Shown: positions 25,701-39,560, counted from the first letter of the whole stretch. The stretch: 63,390 nucleotides of DNA, filler included, from Phoronis australis (GCA_002633005.1; 5 parts of 5 records of this genome joined end to end with filler, not necessarily neighbours in it), one strand, 5' to 3'. Numbers and translations are program-made. The notes: generated by a model not told the origin, from the letters alone.

Positions 25701-26539
25701 GTATTTTGGGTGAAGGTTGGATGCGTAATTCAGTGGTACAGGTTTGTTATTTGGGTTACGATGCACTTCACTTTTTTGTGCAAGTTTCGTCACAAAACGG
25801 AAAGCTCGTAAGCAAGCAGTGCAAACCTAAAAAAATTCTAATATCAACTTCGACAAAGTACAGATTTTGCAGGGATTTGTTTGTTTTGATACACCAGAAA
25901 ACACCTGATTTTGGAATACATAGGAAGAAATGAGTTTTTAAAGCAGTACATATTTCAATAGAGAATATACTATACACTTAGATGTACTGATTTCGATGCT
26001 CCGGCTGGCGAGTAAGTTTGGGGATGTTAGTTTTCAGTACAAGTAAAAATACATATGATTGTCATTAATACTAAATATTTGCTTAAATATAATTAGCAAA
26101 CAGCTTTGGATAACATCATATGCTGGTCAATAATTAACTTTTTAATTCATCTATGGTCTCAATCACCAAGAGTGATGTCGCTCCGCTTAAACTATGTTGG
26201 CAGAACATAAAAATCTAGTTGCAGCAGCACTAAACTCCTGAATCGCAGCGGTGATATTTTCAGACCCCATTTGTGGCAACTTGTCCTGAAAAAATACGTA
26301 AACAGAGTTTAAACATTTTTGACGGTACATGCGGAAATGAGCGCTTCCGACGCGGCAAACCGTAACGTTGTTTTTTTTCATACCAGAAGTCGGTTTGGCT
26401 ACGGCAGAGTTTTTTATCAACAAGCCACTGAAAACAAATTTCTTTGTCTGCACTACTCGGGGTACCACTCGGGTAAATGCCGCAAGGACGTTGCTCTCCC
26501 AGGAAGAAATGTCCACTCAAACATGCCACATTTAACGCT

Positions 26540-26870
26540 CACGCTAAAATTCTGAGTTATGTTTTCTTTTCAACAAATACGGGAAAGTGTAGGTGTTCGT
26601 GTGAAATGAAACTCACCTTGAACGGTTTGTTCACCCCGACATCCAGCGGTTCGGCTTTCGGCGTACAACCTCCAGGGATCATCGACACTGTCACGTTGTT
26701 TTTTTTTTTCAAAGCCGTCGCCACGTTGTCGCATCTGTGGGCTGAGAAACTATTCATGACCAATAAACTAGGTCGGAGCCCAGTAAGGGCGGAGGATGAG
26801 TCTGACCCAGTCTTCCATCAAGTTAGCGTTCATCCAGCCTTTTTCATTTGCGATCGCTACCCAACCGTCA
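26540..26870 (-). pseudogene. pogo/Tigger-type DDE transposase fragment
   Basis: LVMNSFSAH...MIPGGCTPKAEPLDVGVNKPFK matches the DDE_1 motif IPxGxTxxxQPLDVxVNKPFK. Confidence 0.8.
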
Positions 26871-28239
26871 GGTAACTGGATTTCGGGTTACCGTTTGCCT
26901 GCAGAAATGGAAACACAACAACTACTTTAACAATGACAATGATAGGAAAATAAGGACACAACCACCGTATAACGAAAGCTCTTTTTCTTTCTACAGTAGA
27001 TAGTGATATAAACGTGTCCAAATTAAGCTGCAACTTTAAAACAAATAAACGGATGAGTAATGAAAGAAACAAATTAAATACCGACTCAAGAAAAGCCGAA
27101 AAACTAGCAGCGGTTAAACACAAATTTGACACACGTAAATATTCCGCTCCATGGATGACAAATAATTGGAAATTGCAAATATACACTCTATATAGGTCCA
27201 TAATCGCAAACGCACTGTCATTTTATTTAGATATGTAACATATTTGTAGACTTGAATTATTTACAGAGCTTATTGGATAGCCTTAAACTGATACGATTTA
27301 AAAATCGTTTCTATCTTAATAGGTACATGTATTAACACATCAGTTTCATTTTCAGAGACTATGAGCGTGCAAATTTATGGGTGTAAGATACATCTAATAA
27401 TCTGTATGCTTTGTCAGTTAAGTTACCCTTGAAACTTACCAGGGCGCCTAGTTTAGTGTCATCAGCCGCGATACATAGGACTACAGAAGGGACGCGGGAA
27501 GCGAGGGTGCACGGGCCCCAAAAAAATTTTCAGGACTCATGGATAAACTGTGGCAACCGACCTAGGTGTGGGACCGGGGACAGGCGAGAAAAGAAAGATT
27601 GTGAAATTCGGATAAGAGAGAAAATTCAAGAGAACATTATTTAGTAACGTTATTTATTAGTGTTTGGTTTACCTTTTGAGAACCCTGACCAGGACATTGT
27701 CGTTAAAGTGTAAATTGCAAGGTCTAAGTATGTTAAATTGTAATTATATTTTCAAGATATTGTTAGTTGGATATATCTTNTAGTGTTTGGTTTACCTTTT
27801 GAGAACCCTGACCAGGACATTGTCGTTAAGGTCTCCGCTTTTGCAGCGCAGGTCGTCTAAACGCACTTGAAAACGTGCACGAAATCAATCATACATATAT
27901 TTCGAAAAATCGAGAAAATTTGTAAAGAGAAGCTTTTGCGGAGCATACTAATTAACTGGATTTTTAAATTTAGTAAGTCAATTTTGCAAATGCAAAACTA
28001 TATTTTTCTAGATGCCCTTCTTTGACAAGGGATAAAGGAGACAGCTTTCGCTTTACTTTTCTCTCGAAACTGTATAATACTTGAGAAAAGTTGATGACCT
28101 GACAGATAACATCAATTGCTGCGCACGATTTTCTGATATTTGAAAATATAGATATTTTCATATTTAGGGGACCTGCCCTTGAAGGAGGCCATTGATGACT
28201 TTCAACTGGCCACCTTTTTGTATTATTACTGATAAATTC

Positions 28240-29260
28240 TTAAGGTGCCGCTCATGGAGAAAGCGCCCAATGTTGGAATCCATTACCTCTATTTTCCTGT
28301 TCAACCGACTTTCATGTTGAACGAGGTCACTCCCTACATACGACGGTGGAATGCACTGTCACACTTTTTTCCAAGTATAAAGATGTTTAGCCTTTCATCT
28401 TACGATGTCCCATTTCAGACGGTAGCCTCTCTCGGTGTAGCAGTACGGGGAAATGTATCTTTGTCCATCTATACATATAAATCCGACACTGCCAAGTGTT
28501 CACGATGAAAGTTGAGATTCCAAATTCATCAAAAAAACACAAAACATTAGTGCACAGCTATTCAACTGTTTGTTAACTACACAAATGGACTATTTCCGAT
28601 GGTTAGTTATAAAATAATGTTACAGTTCCCCGTAGTATCACAAGAATATTATCTTTTATGAGTTGTTTGTAAGGAATTCCCACATGTGGAAAACACTTCT
28701 GTCTAGATTACTATTTGTGGTGACCATGTCCTACATATCGAAAAGGGGGCACTCAAAGAACTCTCGCAATCACTTTAATAAACAGAGATTTCAGCGTTTT
28801 TTGCCAGTGGAGTTCATATTTACCTCGTGAACCGTTATAGGTACGTCTGAAATGAGCAAAAATATAATTTAATACGAATGCCCATTCTGCAATATTCCCC
28901 CGGTTACCCGTCAAAAGTCTGCAAGCATGCGTGCGGAAATTGCTTGTAACATTCGGTTTTGATAAACAAATTTGTTGGAGTCTGATTTAGTTGTGTATGT
29001 ATCTACGAAAATCGATACATTCACAGATGATTTTTGACAATTTTAAGCTAATCTTGTAAGAATTGATGATTTTTCAGTGAACGTAATTAAAGCCTGAATC
29101 GGGAAAAACTTAATCCGATCCCCAAATAGTAAAGTACACCTACAGGCAATTTTTGCATATATAAAATAACTCTCAAAGACATTGATGAAATTCGTAATCA
29201 CAAATCGTAAATAGAAAAAACGTTTTAAAAATCCCCAAATAAATAAAATTAAACTCATGG
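28240..29260. repeat. Interspersed repeat, homologous to 13960-15370
   Basis: See the partner entry; begins TTAA-GGTGCCG, suggesting a TTAA-type DNA element end. Confidence 0.65.
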
Positions 29261-29739
29261 CTTGGAAAGGTTATCTTTGCACTTCCCTGTGTTTTTAGTT
29301 TTCAGTAGTATTGGGTAATTTTTGTTCTTCAAAAATGAATTGATTGCTTGTCTTGATTTGCTTGCACGTCATGACTGACGTCACCACATTACAAATAAGA
29401 TGTAACCCTGCAGTAGGCCCGGTGCGCAAAATCTCAGTGATTCACGGGAACTGAATTTGAACTCCTGGGCCCTGTTGCATGAAACAGTCCCAAATAGAGA
29501 CTCAACTTAGTTCCCTAAATCTATTGCTTATTTGTGGACTTACGAAAACACCGATTGTCTTTTCTTATGGTGTTTTAGTTTCATTACAAAGTCAACTTTT
29601 GGTTTTGATACAAATGGGGAGTGAACTCGATGTTGAATTCTCAATATTATCGAAAATGTATAGGGATCTTTTCATGCAACGCTCCTAACTTTGGGACTAC
29701 ATGTAAGTCCCTACTTATTTCCATTGAACCCAGGGCTCA

Positions 29740-30645
29740 GTTTTCAGTCATATTATAAAAAAATGTCATCATTTTCCTACGCTAGCTTCACAATGGCGTC
29801 AAGGTTTTTTGTGTGGGATGCATGTCCGTCGAGTTAAATAAGCACTTTATTTTCAACTGACGCATTCACTGATCGGATAAAAAGACGATGAAAACTATAG
29901 AATCAATCCATCCTTAATTAGTGCAGGGAAAAATTGTACCAGTGGGTGCATCAACTTTCAAGGCATCACACAGTCTTTTCCTCCTGAAAATGAGCATGGG
30001 GGGTATGTATTGGCCAATGGCAGAATGACAGTGGACACCAGTAGTATTTGTTCCTCGTTCAGTGGTTGTTGCTGCTCCAACTTGACGGTTCCCTTTCGTT
30101 GAGATAACTTTCGATGGCCTTTGCACGTAGAATGTCCAGTTTCATCCATATTAAACACTGTGTCAGCAGTAAATCCGTGTAATATTTATCGAAGAAATCT
30201 GAAACAGCTCGGCGGTTGAAACCTTTCATGCGACCAGTAGATGTAGCTTCTGGGGTGCGCAGACTGAGTTCTAGATGTTGTCTCATAAAGCTGTAGTACC
30301 AGGTTTTATTGGTAGACTGTTTTGTTTCGCTAAATTTATGGATGTCATGGAATTTTGCCAATTGATATGCAAGTTTCATAAGATCTTTTGGTGTGATACT
30401 AAAAAAAGATCGTCAAGACCTTTTATGTGTTCTACCAAATCAGGTTCTATTTCTGTAGGCAAAACTTTTGGGCCTCCGCGTAACTTGATATGTTTTGCGT
30501 ACTTATTCAAACCCATGCGGTGACGGCGAATAGTTGGCTTTGGGATACCAAATAGCTTAGAAGCAGCGTTAAATCCCAATCCTTCATCCATAGCTTTGAG
30601 ACAGTTCTGCATATCCTCCGATGTCCATGACGACGGCGATGGCAT
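29740..30645 (-). pseudogene. pogo-family transposase relic (HTH_psq + CENP-B HTH + DDE_1)
   Basis: WTSEDMQ...AASKLFGIPKPTIRR, WYYSFMRQHLELSLRTPEATS, FNMDETG, GQYIPPMLIFRRKR and LDGHASH in several frames, with stops. Confidence 0.88.
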
Positions 30646-31831
30646 TTTCCTGAAAGTAAAAAAATAGTACTAAAAAGCAAGAAAAACAACACATTACCTA
30701 GTCGTATCACGTTTTGGGTATCGTACCTCCTGGTTACATGTATCGTACCCCGGGTACCATACCCGTGACCTGTAGTGGTACGACACTCGTGACACTGACC
30801 TATTTTCAAACACGTGGGCTGAAAATATTTGGCACGCGATTTGGCAACCAGAAATTACATGTACACCATACAAAGAGATGAGAATGAGCTATCAGATGGC
30901 ACATCGGTTCACTCATTTGCTATACTTGTTGTTGTCTTATCACACTATTCATGGGAGCTAAAATTTACATCAACATGTCAAAAAAGTGGAAAATGCTCAC
31001 CGTTTTTCACCGGGTTGTCTGCTCGACATTTTGCTTGGTTTTCTGTTGTCGCCGTCTGAGGTCGCTGGCAAGCATACGTAGTTTGGCGGGAAAATACGTG
31101 GTACGATAATGATATCTGGTACGGAACCGGTAACTTTCCCCTACTTGGTGCCAGGCTTTGTTTTTCCCTTTGGTGTTCGTCCACGTCTCCTTCTCCGAGG
31201 CGGTGTATCTATATTTGTTTGTAATGGCCTCGGGCCTTCTCGTCCGGGCGTTCGTCATCAATGTGTTGCTCTAACTCAGGAGACATGGTCTTCACAGATA
31301 ACTTCTACCTCGGGCTGATCTTTCCGTGGCCGTCTAACAGCCCGCTTTTCAGGTTTTTTTGTCAATGGTTTATACCACCAAGACTGGGGAACGGTACTTG
31401 AATGAGTGTTAACAACAGCAGCTTCTTAAAAATAGTTCGTGATGGAGTTCATGATTACTGAATGAGCACAAATACTTCCTAGGCTTTAGACGGCGAAATT
31501 TATTTGTGACGCTTAGGAATTAAATGAGAATGCCACCCGATTTAATTAGTCTTTTTACAGCCTTAAAGGCGAAGGCAACCTTTTTCCATGTCATTTTGAG
31601 CTAAAATAAGGTTGGTTGGTTATCCTAGACATATTTTCCACTAAATTACTGCTTTTCGTAATTTTATTAATTACTCGTGCGCTACTCCGGAAGTGACGAT
31701 TTAGGAGGAAAGCATTTCGCGCCAATTTCTTTTCATATAGTCTGACTGTGAGAGCTGCCGAGTCAGTCATTGTTCTACTTCGGTTGTGTTAAGTTCCGTC
31801 GTCGTTTGCTTTCATTTACTAGTCAGTCAAC

Positions 31832-32610
31832 ATGCCACACTGTTGCTACGTACCAGGATGTACTAATTATCGGCTCACGCGCGCATTGGGAGTACCTTTG
31901 CATCGCTTTCCTATGGATGACACACTTCGGCGTACTTGGCTCTTTCGTGTGAAGAACCCGTCCACGCAACGTACAAAGCAGTGGAGAATTACCGTGTGTG
32001 TGGCAAGCACTTTCTGCCGTCCTATTAGGAAAGGGATTTGTACGCTGAACTGATGAAGGTCCCTGCGAAACAACGTCTGAAGAAGGATGCCATTCCGTCT
32101 GTGTTGATTCCCGGCAGTACCCCGTCGCCACCCCGAGAAGTGCGTTTTTGAAGCGAGAAGCCTCGCGAGCTGTGGCCAGTACAGTGACTGGAGCCAGTGG
32201 AGGCACTTCATCTACTGTCACCCGTGCCTCCGAACGTACCCCAGATCGTGCAATTCCTGGAACCAGTAGTGATTCGCCCTGTGCTGTTTTGTCCAGCCCA
32301 GAGCCTCTAAGCAGCCCTGCAGCGATATTGAGTAGTGGGAGTGATTACAGGCTCAGTTCGACACCAAGTGAAGAGAACAGTTTGTCGTCCTGTGAACATA
32401 TCGGTGAGTCAAACTTTGATAAGTTTATTGTGGACTTGTCTAAAGTGTTGAAGCTATTTAGAAGATGCCAGGTGTGTGGCGAGGGAGTCACACGACACGA
32501 TGTAAGCAGTTTGGGTGCTCAGGTTACCATCCAGTGGGAATGTATCGCGGGACACTCTGGCAAGTGGCCGGGACAGTTGTTCCTCTGTCCGTGGTATGCC
32601 GGAGGTCCAC
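31832..32610 (+). pseudogene. Kolobok transposase N-terminus (THAP zinc finger), frameshifted and truncated
   Basis: MPHCCYVPGC...LHRFPMDDTLRRTW...VCGKHF...LKKDAIPSV, then KFIVDLSKVLKLFRRCQVCG...WECIAGHSGKW. Confidence 0.85.
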
Positions 32611-32619
32611 TTAACCATG

Positions 32620-32905
32620 TCCAGTAGTGGCTTGGCCTCGAACTCTGAACAGCACAAGCATTCCATTGAGGTAGGCATAACAACGCACACAGTGCATTTG
32701 CACCAAGATGTGTCACCACGTCTGTCCTCAGTAGCCGCCTCGTTTTTCTCTGTGCCTGTGCGTACTCTGCCTCGTTATACTCGGCTTCAAACATGTACCC
32801 ACCCACTGAATGTCCGTGAAAAAATTCCTCGTCACCACTGTTGTGAAGAAGGTCTCCGTCACTCACACTACTGTCACTGTGATACGGGTCACCGACTCCA
32901 GCCAT
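32620..32905 (-). pseudogene. KolX-like accessory gene N-terminus (P2X7 ballast-like Cys cluster)
   Basis: GYMFEAEY followed, after one frameshift, by DTSWCKCTVCVVMPTSMECLCCSE. Confidence 0.75.
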
Positions 32906-35384
32906 TTTCAGCTTACAACACACTAAACAATCCCTAAATCCAACGTAGTTGAGTTCTCTACTAACCTATCTTGCCGCAGAATACTCGCCTATGGAAAGTG
33001 GTGGCGACAATTGTTGAAAAACAGCACAAAACGAAAGTAGAATAGAAAAGATTCGCACGGTAAAGTCAACGCAAAACCAAGTGGCGGGAAACGCTTGCCT
33101 CCTAAAACGTCACTTCCGGAGTAGCGGACGAGTAATTTTTAAAATTACTAAAAGCTGTAATTAACTGGAAAATATGTCTAGGATAACCAACCAACCTTGT
33201 TTTAGCTCAAAATGACATGAAAAAAGGTTGCCTTCGCCTTTAAAGTCCTGGTCTCAAAATGCCCATGTGGTTCCAGTATCCGAAAATACTTACTGAATAA
33301 AATCTTATTTTTGAACCCTTTCTTTATATTTTTTTCGCCTTTCTGGCCTAAAGCGATTTTTAACAGTATTCGACCCTTCTCTGTGAGCGTATAATTACCC
33401 GCTGTCATCGGTTATTTCCGTACCCACATTTCCGGCTTGTCAGTTCAGGAACTTGTCCTGAACGCCGCCATCGCTATCGCTTGCTCGAAAAGTCTTCGTT
33501 ATTTTGTTTTATTAGTAATATCTCGTGATTCGTTTGCATATGTAGTATATTTATAATTTGTAGTTAGTGGTCGTTGAATATTTTTGGAATATTACGCGTA
33601 CTTATTATTTTAAAATAGCATTGGTGTTTAGTTCCTCACGTAGGGCGGTCGAAGCTATGAGACGAACCAATTTTTTCGTTTTGATTTTTTTTTCTCAATT
33701 TGAAAAAGTACCTTGCTATCATCGGGAAAGGTAGTGCATTCTACTCAGTAAAAATAGAAAATATATCAAAATCGGGGCAAGCAATGTAAAGTTATTGCAA
33801 TTTTTGTGGCGAAATTTGGGTCACTTTGTTTGGATCGCGTCGGCCATGTTGTAGGACAGCGGGATAAGATACGAGTTTACAACTTTGTGTAAATTGTTTT
33901 CTCCAACATTTAACGGTGAAATTTAGTGAGACATATCTTTACTTACATGTACTATTCTGCACGATTCAACAGTTTTCACCAAATTTCAGCCTCGCAGATG
34001 TTACTTATTAAGTGATAAATATGCTCACAATTCCCGTTGGACTTCGTCTCATTTCTGGCGACTTTTGCTGAAAACTGCACTTAATGACCCCAAAGTTGCA
34101 CCTAGTGAACCCAAAGCTCATAACTGAATTTCCTTTATGAATGGTAACCATATGCGTGATTATGAAAGGTTTACCTCAAAAATCACTTTTGCACTTAATG
34201 ACCTTTGACCCGGAAACTGGGTTCCCTTGATCCGATTGGAAATCCAAGTAAATTTCGGATGCAGATCTCTAGTGCCTACTTGTTAACAAAATTCGAAGAG
34301 TCTATCTAAAAAACTGTAGAAGAAGCATTTTGACAAAATGCACTCCTTAACCCGTTTCAGGTCATCCTAATGTATATAAATCCCTTAAGTATCGTATCAA
34401 TCACAGTGAATATTATTGTTCTAAATGAATGAATGTAGGAGTAATAAGAAAATAAAAAGGAAGGAAAAAGAAGAATAAGAACAAGAAGATAAAATACGTA
34501 GAACAGTAAAACTCTGCGCTTGAACCCGCAGGGTAACTAGAAAGATTATTGTCACAGCGTGACAATAATGGACTCTGCGCGTGTGTATTAAACGAATTGT
34601 TATGGTAAGTTACTGACAGCAACCCCTTAACCAATTTGAAAAGGAATTCTTTTAAATTGTAGAAAAAATAACATGTTAATACTTTGATGACCTTTCCACT
34701 AATTGACCTCTTTCGGTGCATTATGAGCTCGGATGAGGGAATAATAATAAATAATAATAATTGTAAACTAGATTAAAAGTGTGGTTAATGCTAAGAATCA
34801 CAAATGTTTTACTTTAAGCACTTTAGAATACAACATGGATGAATTGGTCAAACTTTCAGAAGAAAACTGCAGCTAATTACCCCATGGGTGCACCAAATGA
34901 CCAGATAATGTAAAATTCAAACTCAATCACATTTANNNNNNNNNNNNNNNNNNNNNNNNNNNNNNNNNNNNNNNNNNNNTTAATTAATTAANNNNNNNNN
35001 NNNNNNNNNNNNNNNNNNNNNNNNNNNNNNNNNNNCCCCCCCCCCCCCACGAGGACTTTTGCTTGTAACGACTGGTGGCCATCATGCTCCAGTAACATGC
35101 TGGGTGTTTTCCAAATTCTAATTACAAAAAGCACCCAGCTCGTTTCATGTCCACCCAACATTTTTAATGTGCTCCCATTGAATACGCCAGGCTGCTACCC
35201 GTGCAGTAGGCGTACCACAACGCTGTATTCCATTCTGATGCTCCCTCATATATAATTGATAACAAAATATCTGCAGAAGGCAGAGTGTAGCCTTTGCAGT
35301 AGATGACTACACTGCAGACGACATCGTGAACAGAGCACATAAAATGAAAGACTGTCTATCATATCTTTAAATAACAGATAATCA

Positions 35385-35485
35385 TTATTTTCTGGATCCT
35401 TAGGAAACGCAAAAAATGACACGACTGGGATTTTCATGTATGAACTAGTGCGATTTATTGCACTGTAAAATGCGCCCTTCCCCAT
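35385..35485 (-). pseudogene. THAP-domain N-terminal relic
   Basis: MGKGAFYSAINRT...VSFFAFPKDPE resembles a THAP start with its cysteines lost. Confidence 0.4.
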
Positions 35486-35861
35486 TGTTCTTACACTTCC
35501 TACTTGACCGTTGCTTATTCACCACTTGGCGGCGCCAGTAGTAGCGATAATAGCGAACTCACAAGTGAACTCTCCTACATATACTACACTTCTTGGTTGA
35601 ACCGTGACGCTTAACTAACTGTATGCGAAGGACCTACGAGCAATATTGTATTGACACGTCTGTGAGCAGATTACGAGTGAAGGTAATTTATTATTGAACT
35701 AAAACAAATAATTTAAAATCCGCAATAAACTCAGTTCCCAGGAAGAAGACAATTTATCGCAATGAAATTGGTATTAATTTGTTCTTTACACACAAATCAC
35801 TAAGGAACAAACGAGGCCAATTTCATAACGGTTAATTGTCTAAATCACAAGGTGTTTTTGG

Positions 35862-36019
35862 CTACAGATTTATCGGCCCTTTAAGCTGACATTTGCCACA
35901 AACTCCGCACGACTTTTCACAGTAATACAGCATGTATGCTGGATTCTTCTCGCACTCTGATGGATACCATATCAGCGCCCAATCGGGACACATCTCATCC
36001 TTATCAACGCAGTTGGCGA
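35862..36019 (-). CDS. Terminal exon, ShK toxin-like domain 2 of an astacin-ShK gene
   Basis: TTTCAG acceptor, phase 1; ANCVDKDEMCPDWALIWYPSECEKNPAYMLYYCEKSCGVCGKCQLKGPINL*; six-Cys ShK pattern; AATAAA at 35687-35692(-). Confidence 0.85.
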
Positions 36020-36497
36020 CTGAAATCGAAAACGAGGTAATGTAGTGTGTACTACTGTTTCACGCGGTTTACATGAATGTAATCGGGGAAACGCTAGAGC
36101 CCTTTTTCAGTGGCGAAAATGAATCGTTCCGTATACAGTATCTTGAGAAAATCAAGACTTCACTAGACCTCGAAACATCACACCAGTAAAAGGCGGGTGT
36201 TTAACACTGCTCGGAATTTTACTCCGCAGCGTACCACGTACTAAGTGATTAGACGGCGGTGAGCTTAGAGTGCTCAGTTATGGTTTGTGGTGCGATAATT
36301 GAGGATGTTTCGCTGCAACTTCAAGCTTATGTCTTGCGGTCTACGAAGCTCAATCGAACTTACAAAACATAGTGCTTTGATGACTCGAACTCCCAGCAAA
36401 AATGATACAATTATTTGCATTGCCTGTTTTTTAACAGGTTTGAGATTCACCGTAATGTAAGTGATACCGAGAGCGGTTGCATTGCAAACGTAGATAC

Positions 36498-36615
36498 ATT
36501 TGATACAGGTTTTACACGACTTCTTGCAATAGTTCAACATATAGGCAGGGTTAACATCACATTCGTTCGGGCTGCGATTGGCCCACGACTCGCATTTTGC
36601 GTTATCGTGAATGCC
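36498..36615 (-). CDS. ShK domain 1 exon (first Cys missing, splice phase doubtful)
   Basis: GIHDNAKCESWANRSPNECDVNPAYMLNYCKKSCKTC; boundaries approximate. Confidence 0.7.
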
Positions 36616-36738
36616 CTGAACCGTAAAATAGTGTGAAAATATCGTAATAAAAGATCGTACTACGATTTGTAAAGCACTGAAATGGGGATTGTACATGTAT
36701 TTTATGAAGTTGTCGTATGGTGTTTTGATATTGAATAC

Positions 36739-36972
36739 CTGTTCGTTTATTTGTAGGATTGCCACACTTGTACATAGCGTTTAGTTTGAACACTTCTGTT
36801 TCCGTCATCTTATGCTGGTTTCCAAGAATCTTAAGGTCAACACCATTTTTAGGCGTGATGGTGTTTTCGCCCATTTCTGCTAAAATAAAAAACTCTCGCA
36901 TCATAATGCTGTAGTCATACTTGGCTCCGTAGGGGATCGTAGTCATCCACACTTCAAAGTTGTGCTTCATGT
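36739..36972 (-). CDS. Astacin (M12A) metalloprotease C-terminal exon, degenerate Met-turn
   Basis: MKHNF...YGAKYDYSIMM...TITPK...LGNQHKMTETEVFKLNAMYKC; TTCCAG acceptor, G|GTATT donor; upstream HExxH exon not found. Confidence 0.78.
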
Positions 36973-37819
36973 CTGGAAAATTAAAGGTTAGTGGAATTTT
37001 GATCGTTAATTTATGTGTACGTGGTTAAGCCTAGTCGGGAAGTGAACATTTTGACCATGACTACGTGTTGACTGAACGAAGCGTTGGTTTTGGAAACATG
37101 CCATTACCGAGTTTTCTGAGACCTGGCGAATATACAACGTGCTGTCAATTACAGGCTTCCGTCACTGAAACTAACTTTTGATTTACAACACCGTCATGAT
37201 AATATGTTTTTCAGTAAAATTAGAAGTGACTGACTGCTTTGGAAAGTGAGAACGTGAGAGTTCGTTGCTAAAGACCAAGTTCTACATTTTGTTTTGTCTT
37301 AGCATGAAAATTAAACTGTTGTTCGCCGAGCGTGGTGGCAATCATAAACGAATTGAGGCTCTTTTCGTAGACTAAGAAATCACGCCTCATGTGAGTCACA
37401 AAGAAGATGAGACTAGCTGCTTATCGACTAATGATCGAACTCAATTTTCGACGGAACGCTATCGTTTCCAAATATGCGAAATCACGTAATTTGTGTGTGA
37501 CAGGAGTAAAGTAATTATTTGTGGTGTAAAGTAACTTTTAATGTCGTAAATAATTAATTGAAGCGCACGGTAACTACCGCAAATAATTACTTTACGCGTC
37601 AAAGAATTACCTGACACCTCTAACAAAAATCAACTTACGCACGCATTTGGGCAACGATAGAACGTGGGTTTGTAACAGCTTTAACTATTTTCAGGAAATA
37701 CTACATTGATATTCTTTGTGGTTAGTAAAATAGCAAATATGAATTCAAAACACCAAGGGCTACCAAGTCTCATTGAACGCCAAACTGTTTTCATCACTCT
37801 CTAAATGGGCTAACTCACG

Positions 37820-38445
37820 CCGACAGGAGGCGCGTTCTAAAACGAGGCTCGCTACGATAGTTCTGTGGGCTTGTCGGCATATTTGTATTCCGCGTTGCTC
37901 GAACGGCTCGAAAAAATACGGACACTCAACTCTTTTACAATCCCTAAGGACGTTGAGATTCGGAAGCGTTGGGTCGTTGTCATACACTGTGACGAAGAAA
38001 AATATGTCCGTGTAAAATTTATAAAAGTTTTCCTTAAGTTAGATCGCATTATGTCGCATCTAGGTTAAATATATCGTCAAATCGTCAACAATACGAGCAG
38101 ATGACCTGGTTTGTGTAGAAAGCATTTTTATCAACAATTTACAAGAAGAAACGTAACCCTGCATTCAGCATAATACCTAATCCGTAACACCGATCGCCGC
38201 AATTTGGTCACATTCACTTTTCATGTTTCGAAACTAGTTTTCCGAAAAAAGCTTATACCCTTTCGTCAGACAACTCTTTGGTAAATAGCTTGTTCTGTAA
38301 TGTATTTTTCTACGTCTCTGTGGTTAATTATCCACACATTTTTAAGATTTAATGTCCTGTTTGGACTCCCGGCCATTTAACTCACCCAATGTCAACTTCC
38401 GCTTTGTTTATCGCAGTGAGCCTCGCTTTGGATTTTAATGTCCGC
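37820..38445 (+). repeat. Second copy of the THAP-relic repeat; empty site for the hAT insertion
   Basis: Continuous across the point where 15401-15443 and 21346 onward are split by the hAT. Confidence 0.75.
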
Positions 38446-39452
38446 GTTCGAAGGTCTATGGTGCCCCTGTGAGGCTGTGCACTTTTAACACTATTGACAA
38501 GAGAAGTCTATCTCCACTGACCAAAGTTTTTATTGGGTCTAGACCTACTTTTCCCAAAAATGTGAACGTGCTCGTTGGTGTCTTCTCAAAGCAAATAAAC
38601 ACGGTTATAGTTAAATTCTGGTTTTTGAGCAACGACGGAGGGCTGCCTGTAGTTGACTTAACGTCGGTTTCTACTGAATTTTACAGGACGGAAACGCACA
38701 CACGTGTATACGCATATATGTCAATCTACCAATTCACAATCGAATTGGAGACTGGATGAAAAACATACCTGTATTTGACCAACGATTTCAATTCCAAATT
38801 TGAAAACGCTTGCCCTTTGCCGTACTATGCTAGAAAACAATATCAGATAACAAACCTATTTTCTGCTGTTTTGTTTCTTGGTCGATTTTAAGGAATTCAC
38901 ACGCACTGTGACTTTTTGAAGCTGTTTAGCGCCAAGTTAACCACTTGAGCGCCACCCTCCATGCCCATCCCACTACTACTGGAAATAAAAGATTGATTCA
39001 GTTGATTGTTCTCTGAATGCTGCTATGATTTTGGCTGACGAACAGTATTTGGGCGTTGACGGAATATTTTGTTCGTCCCACACTTAGGCCAATGATCGAC
39101 CAGATGACATGTTGCAAATCTAAGTTGAAGTAGAATTCCCTGGATTATACTGTGGTACTCCTTACCAGATGGAACAGATGTTTGTGAAAACTCAAGGTTT
39201 TGTTCTGCCCGGTCATACTTCATCAAACACTAAAATTAAACTTATGTTTTTAAAAAATGCATATCTACCCAACAGAGGGAGCTGGTTGTTTTATTACGAT
39301 GTAATTTCTTTCTGAAGTGCGCTGTTTAAACTTAATGCACGTGTTGGCTTCAAAAGCCTTGAAAGCTTCAGCCAGTCTACCCCTTTCCTTCGAACCTTCA
39401 AAAGATTAAAACCTTGAAAATACAATTTGATTAAAATCGTCATATATCAATG

Positions 39453-39560
39453 TATGCGCGCGCGCGCGCGCGTGTGTGTGTGTGCGTGTGTGTGTGCGTG
39501 TGTGTGTGTGCGTGTTCGTGTAAACGTATGCGTTTGTGCATGCATGTATGTATGCATGGT
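39453..39560. repeat. (CG)n(TG)n/(TATG)n compound microsatellite
   Basis: Direct reading of an alternating purine-pyrimidine tract. Confidence 0.9.

Larger units (their letters stand above)
31567..33239 (+). mobile_element. Kolobok DNA transposon, internal-deletion derivative retaining the 5' parts of both genes
   Basis: TTAA TSD (31563-31566, 33240-33243); TIRs of about 160 bp starting AGGCGAAGGCAACC; THAP-transposase start on the + strand converges on a KolX-like gene on the - strand. Confidence 0.88.

Noticed and set aside
27659-27829. Exact direct repeat of about 48 bp on either side of a single N
   Set aside because: Most likely a contig-overlap artefact at a join.
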